A DNA stretch of 64,000 nucleotides from Eubacteriales bacterium (lineage in GTDB: Bacteria > Bacillota > Clostridia > Oscillospirales > Acutalibacteraceae): positions 34,402-98,401 of the forward strand of contig JAUNJO010000001.1 in NCBI GenBank assembly GCA_030533225.1, read 5' to 3'. The notes below the pieces were generated by a model. It worked only from the letters and a program-made list of their open reading frames with translations, did no database searches and was not told the origin of the DNA. Positions 20,879 through 28,848 of this stretch are shown here, piece after piece. The position numbers were made by a program, and so were the translations under genes. Position 1 is the stretch's first letter. Each line of letters begins with the position of its first letter.

Positions 20879-21068
20879 TGTCGTAAACATCATTAAATGC
20901 CGAGTTTACAAGGCTTTTTTGTTCAATTTACAATGTAGCCGTTACAATGAAGCCGCTGGATTAACAATTTACGATTCTCGTGATTTACGACACGCATTTG
21001 TCGTAAAAGACGAGCAATGCTCAAAAAGTCATTTGTCGTAAATCTGTCGTAACCCCCGTTTTACGACA
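20879..21068. repeat. Six copies of TGTCGTAA(A), resembling tyrosine-integrase arm-type sites
   Basis: + at 20879, 20999, 21034, 21045; - at 20984, 21060; 21034/21045 pair spaced 11 bp. Confidence 0.6.
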
Positions 21069-21125
21069 TTTTTTTGGATTAACAAAACGCCGCAAACGCT
21101 GTCAAAACTCAATTTTCGTAGGTTT

Positions 21126-21158
21126 TTAGTCCGATAGAGGTTTCATTGTCGGGAGGAG
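21126..21158 (-). other. Probable att core: displaced 3' tip of lysS (LLPTMKPLSD*)
   Basis: Minus-strand translation resembles the LysRS C-terminal (L/F)PTMKP motif; lies just beyond the integrase 3' end. Confidence 0.65.
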
Positions 21159-21170
21159 TTTCCCCAACAA

Positions 21171-21303
21171 TTCATATCTCTTCATATTCGTTCAAACCCT
21201 TCATTTTGCTTGATTTCCCATAATTCATACTCATTCATATTACATCAGGGAAAAAGCAAATTTGTTGTCAAACTGATGTCATAGCAGTTCTTTTGTTGTC
21301 AGG
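21171..21303 (+). repeat. att-arm architecture: ~10-bp-phased TTCA(T/A) repeats and TG(T/A)TGTCA direct repeats
   Basis: TTCAW at 21171, 21181, 21191, 21200, 21224, 21234; TGTTGTCA/TGATGTCA at 21263, 21274, 21294. Confidence 0.55.
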
Positions 21304-21323
21304 AACCAACCCGAGAGCCCTTC

Positions 21324-22556
21324 TCAAAAGATGTCCAACCTTGATAAGTTGTTAAATGATTCCTGCTTCTTTTGATCCGTTGCTTCCGCATAGATATCCA
21401 TGGTTGTTTCAATGTTGCGATGGCCCATAATATCCTGGATCACTTTCAAATTTGTTTCGTGCTCACAGAGCCTGGTACAAAAAGTGTGCCTTAGATGATG
21501 GCAGGAGAAATCCGGAAGAATTACCGGTTCGCGTCTTTCGCGCTTAGCTTTTACAACCTCATCCGAGTTATGGCTGCAGATAATGCGTTTGATGGTTCGG
21601 TTAACAGACTGCGGTGTTTGCAACGAGCCATAACGGTTGATAAATATAAATCCCTTCATACCGTCAAGCTCTGGATCACAAGTTCCGTTCTCGTCTTGTT
21701 CTTCTTGTACCATTTGAAATGCATCATACACAACATCAAGCATCGGAATTGTGCGAATGCCTGCTTCGGTTTTCGGTTTTGAAATTTGCAGAGTAGACTT
21801 TCTGGAGTTCCCTATCGGATAGTATACAACGCTATGATTGATACTGATCTTTCGATTGTCAAAATCAAGGTCGTTCCACGTCAGCCCCAAAACCTCTCCA
21901 ATTCGGCCGCCGGTACCCAACAATACTGCAAACAGCGGCCACCAATGATAGTACACCGGATGGTTTGCAATATAGTCCATAAAGGATCGTTGCTCCGCCA
22001 AAGTGAGTGCATGGCGCATTCCTCTTGCTTTGTCGGATTCCTTGCTAACTTCCTTCATCACACCGTCTGACGGATTCTTTCTGATAATCTCATCACGAAC
22101 TGCCAGTTGGAATGTGGGGTGCAGCAAGGTGTGTACCGAATCTAACGTTCCCAACGATAAATCATCCACGTTGAGCAGATGCAGATAAAATTGAAGAACA
22201 TCAGAATACTTAACCTCAGCGATTTTCTTTCTGCCAAATGTGTCTCTGATGAAGCGATCATAGATGTAAAGATAGTTGCTTCGGGTCGTTTCTCTCAACT
22301 TGCATTTCGTTGACATATACCGATCGAACGTATCGTTGACAGTAGCTTTACCGGCAACATAGATATCCAGGCCATCCAATTGATCCTTCATCAATTGCTT
22401 TTCTTTTTCTCTAAGCGTGGTCAGATCATTCGCATATATAAACTTCCGCCTTCCCAAAGGGTCGGTATACGTATACATATATCGTTTGTCTGACGCCCTT
22501 TGTACCTCTCCTTTTCTCAGTGCTCTACCGCGCTCGTCTTTTCGTGCCTTTGCCAT
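21324..22556 (-). CDS. int: Tyrosine integrase, Tn916-like
   Basis: N-terminal arm-binding domain (GEVQRASDKRYMYTY), catalytic R (GRIGE), K, HHLRH, GH, Y; ATG 22556 with RBS. Confidence 0.96.
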   Translation of the reverse strand: MAKARKDERGRALRKGEVQRASDKRYMYTYTDPLGRRKFIYANDLTTLREKEKQLMKDQLDGLDIYVAGKATVNDTFDRYMSTKCKLRETTRSNYLYIYDRFIRDTFGRKKIAEVKYSDVLQFYLHLLNVDDLSLGTLDSVHTLLHPTFQLAVRDEIIRKNPSDGVMKEVSKESDKARGMRHALTLAEQRSFMDYIANHPVYYHWWPLFAVLLGTGGRIGEVLGLTWNDLDFDNRKISINHSVVYYPIGNSRKSTLQISKPKTEAGIRTIPMLDVVYDAFQMVQEEQDENGTCDPELDGMKGFIFINRYGSLQTPQSVNRTIKRIICSHNSDEVVKAKRERREPVILPDFSCHHLRHTFCTRLCEHETNLKVIQDIMGHRNIETTMDIYAEATDQKKQESFNNLSRLDIF

Positions 22557-22600
22557 ACTGATTACCTCCTTCAATAATATTGAAAAAGGGATCACAGCAC

Positions 22601-22771
22601 TTACTTCTTTTTGGACAAATACTCTTCCAAACTTCGCAAGGCAACTTCTGTCATTGACAAATTGTGCTTGGTGGCATACTCATTTAACAGCTTATGGGTT
22701 GCATCCGGCATACGGATTGTAATGGATGCTCTTTTTGCAGTTTCTTTCCGTGGTCGTCCCATTCGTGTCAT
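22601..22771 (-). CDS. 56-aa ribbon-helix-helix (CopG/Arc-like) protein, absent from the ORF track
   Basis: MTRMGRPRKETAKRASITIRMPDATHKLLNEYATKHNLSMTEVALRSLEEYLSKKK; RBS GGAGG. Confidence 0.8.
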   Translation of the reverse strand: MTRMGRPRKETAKRASITIRMPDATHKLLNEYATKHNLSMTEVALRSLEEYLSKKK

Positions 22772-22795
22772 ATGCTACCTCCAAACGCATTATTT

Positions 22796-22824
22796 ATTAT
22801 ACTTATTGTAAGACAGAAAGTCAA
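22796..22824 (-). promoter_or_regulatory. Sigma-A promoter for RHH-int
   Basis: TTGACT-17-TATAAT. Confidence 0.8.
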
Positions 22825-22878
22825 TACCTCGTGTGCTTTTCGTCCCCATATTATTCCATACTTCATAGTTTCGACCTT

Positions 22879-23088
22879 TCAGATTTCCCGGAATGACTCC
22901 AAAAACCTTTCAAATATTTCACAGTTTACTAATGCTATTCCATCAATTTTATATACCGCTTTGGCCTCTTTTGCCAATGCTTGAAATTTAGTTAGCCCAA
23001 GGCTATACTTTTCGGCGCCTTCTTTATATCGCACAAACTTTTTTGCATATTGCTTTGTCTTCTCGACGTCCTGCCGTTGATATCCCAT
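22879..23088 (-). CDS. xis: Excisionase-like protein (DUF6462-like)
   Basis: KKFVRYKEGAEKYSLGLTKFQALAKEAKAVYKI; upstream of int; RBS AAGGAGG. Confidence 0.8.
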   Translation of the reverse strand: MGYQRQDVEKTKQYAKKFVRYKEGAEKYSLGLTKFQALAKEAKAVYKIDGIALVNCEIFERFLESFREI

Positions 23089-23467
23089 TATCCAGCTCCT
23101 CCTTCTATTCAAATTTTTAGTAGTTATGCTTTTGCACTCCGCCTGTAGCGAACAGGTCCATAGGAATTTCACCTTCCCGCCTTCATTGTGGCCGGACCGC
23201 GAATTACGGAAGTCTCATTATCCCCGGATAGATCATCGCGTTATGCAGGTGCCACCCGCATATCAGTGCTCATGGAACTGTTTGCCGGACAGTTGGATAG
23301 CCGCTTCTTATTCCGGGACCGTGGAGGCAAAAACTATTCAGTTTTCAAGGTCCACTAAAAGTCATAAGGATGCTTTCATAGAGAAACACGTAAGGAAATT
23401 TGGAAATATGGCAAATCACGAAAAAATTTTCAAGAATAATGCTCCGGACGAATCCGGAGCATTATTC

Positions 23468-23659
23468 TTAAATGATGAATTTACTTATTTTCAATGCTAT
23501 GTGCATCAAAATATACTGGTGTAGATCCTCGTCAAACTTACCGTTTATGTAACAGTGGTTGTTGATCAAAGGCTCATACAGTGTAATAATTCGCAAGAAA
23601 TCATCATGATTACCTGCGACTGCACCCTGAAGGGTGATTCGGAACGTATCCTTATCCAT
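23468..23659 (-). CDS. Helix-turn-helix protein (HTH_16, Tn916 Orf8-like)
   Basis: LQGAVAGNHDDFLRIITLYEPLI...DEDLHQ; start overlaps the sigma-gene stop. Confidence 0.8.
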   Translation of the reverse strand: MDKDTFRITLQGAVAGNHDDFLRIITLYEPLINNHCYINGKFDEDLHQYILMHIALKISKFII

Positions 23660-24071
23660 TCTCATCACCACCTTCCGATAACTTCTTTCGCAGAGCTGCG
23701 AGAGCCCTTCGCTTTTGGTCAGATACATAGGTAGAGGGACAGTTGAGCTTCTTTGCCACTTCTTTTACCTTAAGATTGTCCACGAAAAGCAGTTTTAGGA
23801 TCTGTTTTCTCAAAAGAGGAAGCTGCGCATAGGCATTGGCCAGACGTTCTTCCTCAAAATTGAAATCATCCTCCTGCAGTAAAAGCTGTCGCATCCACAC
23901 GTCCTCTGTAATAGGAAGAAACTCCTCACCGAGTTCTTCCAGTGAAACAATATCCACGGGGATTTCCATTTTCCGCAGATAATCAAGCTTTGCGCGTCGT
24001 ATCAACGTGTCGAGCCACGCCGTAAACTCAGCGCGGAGCTTGTCCCGATCAGCGTTTTGTCGGTAGTCCAA
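23652..24071 (-). CDS. Sigma-70 region 4 protein (Tn916 Orf7-like)
   Basis: LANAYAQLPLLRKQILKLLFVDNLKVKEVAKKL; TTG start after GGAGG. Confidence 0.8.
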   Translation of the reverse strand: MDYRQNADRDKLRAEFTAWLDTLIRRAKLDYLRKMEIPVDIVSLEELGEEFLPITEDVWMRQLLLQEDDFNFEEERLANAYAQLPLLRKQILKLLFVDNLKVKEVAKKLNCPSTYVSDQKRRALAALRKKLSEGGDENG

Positions 24072-24368
24072 ACATATGCCTCCTTTGGGGCATACCACCG
24101 AGCAAAACTATATTTACAACATGCCACAGTGGCATGCCGTGAAATTATTTTCTGTGTTCGTACAGTAAGGTCCACAGCAATCAGAACATTGGAATCACCT
24201 CCTTCCTGCAATACAAACAAAAAGCGACCCAACCATAAATGAATATGGTAAGGCCGCTTATACTGGCGTGCATATAAAACCGGCGGATGAATGCCGGTAT
24301 GTAACTTTTTGATTTTCCTTGCGTTTGTCCTGTTGTTAGTTTGTTCTCCGTTTCATACGCTACTCCCA

Positions 24369-24710
24369 CTAATCTTTATCTGCGAATCGCTCCATTGTAT
24401 CAAGATAGTTTCCAAAGCTTTCACACACAAGAATTCTTTGCTCAACGTCATATTTTTCAATGCGCTGTGCAATCTCCCGGAGGTAAACAATTTCCGGATG
24501 ATTATAATACTTGCTTAATAGCTGATCTACCGTTACATCCAGGCTGTTTGAAATGATAATAATCATTTCCAGACTCGGTTTTCCGACTCCGTTTTCTATA
24601 TGTGCGATATGGCTATTGCTGCAATGACATTTTTCAGCAAGCTCTTCTTGACGTAGACCGAGCAGTAAACGGTATTTGCGTACATTTTCACCTAATGTTT
24701 TGTAGTCCAC
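24369..24710 (-). CDS. XRE-family HTH regulator
   Basis: GENVRKYRLLLGLRQEELAE...HIENGVGKPSLE. Confidence 0.9.
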   Translation of the reverse strand: MDYKTLGENVRKYRLLLGLRQEELAEKCHCSNSHIAHIENGVGKPSLEMIIIISNSLDVTVDQLLSKYYNHPEIVYLREIAQRIEKYDVEQRILVCESFGNYLDTMERFADKD

Positions 24711-24879
24711 TGTTACACCTTCTCCTTATATAAATATCTTACTGAAACTATAGGGAGATTGGAAGAAAGCATAAGTACAGTACAATCACAAATAGTGCAA
24801 GTAAGCGTCAAAAAAATCAAAAAGTTCAATAAGAAAAGCAAATGAGTCCACTATTAGTGATAGCAGACTCATCTGTAAT

Positions 24880-25254
24880 TCACCCAAACAAATCGAGGTT
24901 ATCCAGCATTGTTGCAACATCTTGTTCGAGTGCTTCTGGAACCGGCGCAGTTCGCAAGTCGGAAGTACCTGATAACTGTAACGAAGCCATCTTCTCATCA
25001 ACTATAGCCCTTATGATTTGCTCCATTTTCTCTTGCGAGAGGTTGGAGCCGACCTTGACCTCTATTTTACAATATGGGGACTGAAGTTCAGGGTGAGAAA
25101 CCAGATACTCATTTAACGCTGCAACAATGACTGCACTTTTCTTATTGCCCAGGTATTCTAAAAATTCGCCGGCTCTGTATTCTTCATCGGATTCCGAGCC
25201 GAACTGCAGTGAAAATCTATATTTGCCGTTTTTCTTCACCTTGCATCCCTCCAC
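24880..25254 (-). CDS. Probable ParR-like partition adaptor
   Basis: Immediately downstream of parM; RHH-like N-terminus (YRFSLQF...KKSAVIVAALNEY), acidic tail. Confidence 0.6.
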   Translation of the reverse strand: MEGCKVKKNGKYRFSLQFGSESDEEYRAGEFLEYLGNKKSAVIVAALNEYLVSHPELQSPYCKIEVKVGSNLSQEKMEQIIRAIVDEKMASLQLSGTSDLRTAPVPEALEQDVATMLDNLDLFG

Positions 25255-25256
25255 CC

Positions 25257-26174
25257 TTATGCATTAGGGCGGAGCATCTGCGTTCTGCCGAGCATTTCGT
25301 ATCCTAAGGCATTGGCATTCGGGGAGTCCACGAAACTGCCTCTCATAACCATAGGAGAATTCTCAAGGAACGGACGGAGCAAAATGCTACCACCGCCGAC
25401 AAAGATTGCCGGGTTGGATCTCAGGTCAACCTGCAACTCACGAAGCTGGTTCAAAATATTGCTTGCGTGCTGCTTGGTTGCTCCCTTGATCGTTTCTACG
25501 ACATCTTGCGGCAAGAACATTTCCTTACCACAGAGCACGTCGCTGATATGCTCGTCCTCAAGCAACATATCGTGGTAGGAATTAACCTTGCGTATGATTT
25601 CATTATTCATGGTAATAACACCGGATTCCAAACTTCTGCAGAATTGGAAGTCCAGCTTACCGTTCTTAAGAAGCAGAACGTCGGTGGTGTATCCGCCGAT
25701 ATCCACGATGAAAATACGCGGGGTATTTACGATCAGGCTACTTTGCGGCACCACCGCAGCATATGCCTGCGGAAAGACCATAACCTTATCAATTATAATA
25801 CTATACGGCTTCTCTTTGTAGATAAAATTGATGGGGCCGCCTTTTTGAAAGTAGTTGGCAAACTTATTTTTGAGCACACCATAGTGCTCGGGCGGAAGTC
25901 CCACCGCCAATTGAATCTGCTCAAAAGGTGTGTTCCTGCCCGCGGATTCCAGTTCCTTTGCGATTGCGATGAGGGTAAGAATGAAGTATCTCTCATCGTT
26001 GGTTTTGTCCTTCATATAGTTCAGACGTTTACCGCTGAGCGTCCAGAATTTATTGCCGTACTCCAAGACCTCATCGGTCAAGGGCGGCTTTACCGTATGC
26101 TCGGCAAGTCCGGCAACGAAGGAATGATTTACGGTTTTGATGGCAAAATTGCCGTGGTCAATTGCGATTAACAT
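25257..26174 (-). CDS. parM: ParM/StbA actin-like ATPase
   Basis: IAIDHGNFAIK, VGLPPEHY, VDIGGYTTD, FVGGGS; ATG 26174 with RBS GGAGG. Confidence 0.9.
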   Translation of the reverse strand: MLIAIDHGNFAIKTVNHSFVAGLAEHTVKPPLTDEVLEYGNKFWTLSGKRLNYMKDKTNDERYFILTLIAIAKELESAGRNTPFEQIQLAVGLPPEHYGVLKNKFANYFQKGGPINFIYKEKPYSIIIDKVMVFPQAYAAVVPQSSLIVNTPRIFIVDIGGYTTDVLLLKNGKLDFQFCRSLESGVITMNNEIIRKVNSYHDMLLEDEHISDVLCGKEMFLPQDVVETIKGATKQHASNILNQLRELQVDLRSNPAIFVGGGSILLRPFLENSPMVMRGSFVDSPNANALGYEMLGRTQMLRPNA

Positions 26175-26310
26175 TTGAATCACCTCCAGGTTTTTTATTT
26201 GTACAACTTTATTACACGATTCGTTATGCGTATTTACAACAAGAATACTCATAATTCGAAAAAAAGCACACAGAAAAAGGGCGAAGCAAATTTTGCCCCG
26301 CCCAATTCCT

Positions 26311-27378
26311 TTACTGTGACCGTTTTCTCTGGAAGCAATACTCCCAGATATAATCGTCCAGACCTTTGTAATTTGGATCCCACAAATAGGTCCCATACCG
26401 GAAACCCATATCACCAAGTAATGCGAGCAGACTGTTATATCCGTTCTGCACGTGATGGTTAATTGCAAAATCCATATCAAAGGCAGTTTTGATCTCTACC
26501 AAGCCTTCACGACGAAGTTCTGTCAAAGTGAGTTCCAACTGAGTAAGCGTGTTTACACCGGGAACAGCCAAAATCGTCATTCCGGTCAACGCATGAATGA
26601 CGTCCGCCTTCATTGGTCCCTCCGTCAAAATCAAAGTCGGTCTGACAGAACCAACAAGATGCGTCCATCCTTCAGCACGGCAACCGTCTTCCTGGTCTGC
26701 ACTGGATATCCAGCGAAACTTTCTTCTCGTAACATTGTCGCGTCGGACCTGTAGGCCCTGTATTCTGCCAAGGTGATCACGAACCGGTATCAGGATACCG
26801 CGTTTCTCGTGGATAAAACACCATGAGCCGCTTGTATCCCGATAGAACCCCGGTACGCCTGCAAGATAATGTCCTTCCGAGCGAAGTTGCTTCGCTATGG
26901 CGCTCATACCGAACACGGGCGTTGTCTTATAACCCAGTCGTTCAATATCCGCATCGGTAAGTCCACGGTTCAGCAGGTTTTCTCTGTGATCTGCAGCAAG
27001 GGACAGCTTAGAGAGCAATGCGCTGTAAGTAGCGTGCCGCGAATCGATGTCCGTAAGCGGACACTCGGATTTTACCTCAGGCTGAACCACAGTTCTTTTG
27101 CGTGGCTTCATATCCTCAGGAACACCGAGCCGTTCGATAATGGTCTTTCGTGCCTTATCTCGCGATACGCCGGTATAGAGGGTGTACAAATCAAATATAC
27201 CCCCGGATATTCCACATCGCGGGCATCTGTAAACATCTTTCTTGAGATTGATGTTGAGATGTTTCTTGCGAGGACTATCATCGCAGCACGGGCATTGCAC
27301 ATTGTATGAGTTTCTGCCCGATGGTGGCATCTCTATGCCGAGTAGTGGAATTATATCCCACATGTGAAATATCTCCAT
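26311..27378 (-). CDS. CHC2 zinc-finger / TOPRIM (DUF3854-like) primase-like protein
   Basis: CPCCDD...CPRC Zn finger; ILTEGPMKAD, AFDMD, KGLDD. Confidence 0.75.
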   Translation of the reverse strand: MEIFHMWDIIPLLGIEMPPSGRNSYNVQCPCCDDSPRKKHLNINLKKDVYRCPRCGISGGIFDLYTLYTGVSRDKARKTIIERLGVPEDMKPRKRTVVQPEVKSECPLTDIDSRHATYSALLSKLSLAADHRENLLNRGLTDADIERLGYKTTPVFGMSAIAKQLRSEGHYLAGVPGFYRDTSGSWCFIHEKRGILIPVRDHLGRIQGLQVRRDNVTRRKFRWISSADQEDGCRAEGWTHLVGSVRPTLILTEGPMKADVIHALTGMTILAVPGVNTLTQLELTLTELRREGLVEIKTAFDMDFAINHHVQNGYNSLLALLGDMGFRYGTYLWDPNYKGLDDYIWEYCFQRKRSQ

Positions 27379-27433
27379 ACAGCCTCCTTTCCGGGGATGA
27401 CTTAGGCGTCATCCCCAAATATATGGTGATTAC

Positions 27434-28183
27434 TCACGCGCTGGCTTGCTGTAAGGCATATTCACATATCAGCTGAGCTGCAGCCTTGGTCTCTTCAGAC
27501 CCGGTAAATTTCTCGGCAACCCATTTGAGTGCCTTAGGATCTTCTCTCAGAACCTCGCCGAGCGTTTTGCCGTTATACTTTGTAATCGGGCAAGGCACCA
27601 TCATAGCGTTGTTGAGACGCTCTTCATAGGTAAGTTCTTTCTTCGGTTCTTCCATTACGGTGTATTCTTCTTCGGTAGTTGCTGCCGCTGTGCTTGTCAC
27701 AACCGTACCAGACTCAGTTGGAGACGTTCCCGTCATACCCAGTTCATCCGGTGCAACCTGCTCAAAATCTTCGCCTGCCATAGCAAACTGAAGACCGAAG
27801 CCGGCATTACGGAGAGCGATGCCCACTGCCGCAGTCTGCGCCCACTCGCGCGGAGACACAGAAGGCTTATCCTCGCAAACACCACGGGAGGCCGTTGCCT
27901 CAGCGAGATAACAGTCCACAGGGTCCTTATAGCTCGGATAAATCCTTGCGGTAGCCACAAAGCAGTCTTTTGACGGTGTTGCCTGCACAGCGATTTTTCC
28001 TTCCGGATATTTCATGCGGAACCACGCAATCTGAATCATTACCGGGAGGCGCTTGCGCGTCTCCTGGCTGTTCAAATCGGTGAAATCCACTGCAAACGGT
28101 GCCGGATCGAAGCCGTCCACCTTGTTAATGTTTTCGATAAGCGCCATCACAGCAGCTTTATCATTCGAGTTATTTTGACTCAT
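27434..28183 (-). CDS. Putative Rad52/Sak-like single-strand annealing protein
   Basis: IAWFRMKYPEGKI and EWAQTAAVGIALRNAGFG motifs; C-terminal KYNGKTLGEV...LKW module. Confidence 0.55.
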   Translation of the reverse strand: MSQNNSNDKAAVMALIENINKVDGFDPAPFAVDFTDLNSQETRKRLPVMIQIAWFRMKYPEGKIAVQATPSKDCFVATARIYPSYKDPVDCYLAEATASRGVCEDKPSVSPREWAQTAAVGIALRNAGFGLQFAMAGEDFEQVAPDELGMTGTSPTESGTVVTSTAAATTEEEYTVMEEPKKELTYEERLNNAMMVPCPITKYNGKTLGEVLREDPKALKWVAEKFTGSEETKAAAQLICEYALQQASA

Positions 28184-28196
28184 TTCAAAGCCCTCC

Positions 28197-28640
28197 TTAT
28201 ACGTTAATGTATGTGTTGCGATACTGCATCCACACCGGAAGCAGTGTCAGGATATAGTTCCCGATGGTAGACTTATACTGGTCTTGGGAAGTGGGTTTGA
28301 AGCTGGAAAAACGCTTTCTGCCGTCCTGCACAACCTTTTCAAAGGACTGTGCGGCAGTTTCTCGCTTCTTCAATCCCTCCGCATCGGTTCGCATACCGAA
28401 TTTTCTCTCAGTCAGCACAAATTTCACATAGCTGTCAACCAACTGGTAATGGAATCCCATCACCTTGGGATCGGTCGTAATCGGCGCCGACTTGCTGAGA
28501 GACTCAAAGGTTTCCAACACACAAATGCGGTAATTCACTTCCTGCATCTTTAGGTTGTCCTCAAGGGGCAAGCTTCCGGATGCAATTTGGGAACGGTAAT
28601 TGTTTTGCAGATTTCTGTAATTATCTAAGATAGTTGCCAT
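28197..28640 (-). CDS. Hypothetical ICE protein
   Basis: Co-oriented and translationally coupled within the operon. Confidence 0.75.
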   Translation of the reverse strand: MATILDNYRNLQNNYRSQIASGSLPLEDNLKMQEVNYRICVLETFESLSKSAPITTDPKVMGFHYQLVDSYVKFVLTERKFGMRTDAEGLKKRETAAQSFEKVVQDGRKRFSSFKPTSQDQYKSTIGNYILTLLPVWMQYRNTYINV

Positions 28641-28645
28641 GATGA

Positions 28646-28831
28646 TTACTCCTCTCCGTCTTTAATGGCAAAGTCACGAATCACTTCGTGCTTTTCAGCG
28701 TTAATGATTGCACCGAACGCACGGTCAAAATCGACCTTGGTCACAAATACGACCTCTTCATCGCTGTATACCAGTCTGACGCGGTCTCCATCATAGTTCC
28801 AGTCTGCCAAATAGATTCTGTTATTACCCAT
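28646..28831 (-). CDS. Small hypothetical protein
   Basis: RBS AAAGGAG before ATG 28831. Confidence 0.65.
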   Translation of the reverse strand: MGNNRIYLADWNYDGDRVRLVYSDEEVVFVTKVDFDRAFGAIINAEKHEVIRDFAIKDGEE

Positions 28832-28848
28832 AATTGAACTCCTTTCGG

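Noticed and set aside
20879-21303. Short repeats as a possible CRISPR array
   Set aside because: Repeats are 5-9 bp, in mixed orientation and irregularly spaced, with no cas genes. They fit att-arm sites better.
23140-23190. GGTGAAATTCC resembling part of an FMN riboswitch
   Set aside because: The other conserved FMN elements are missing and the downstream gene is xis. Treated only as a T-loop-like hairpin.
24181-24369. 62-aa ORF between XRE and sigma genes
   Set aside because: No RBS, no recognisable family, and it overlaps a probable regulatory leader.
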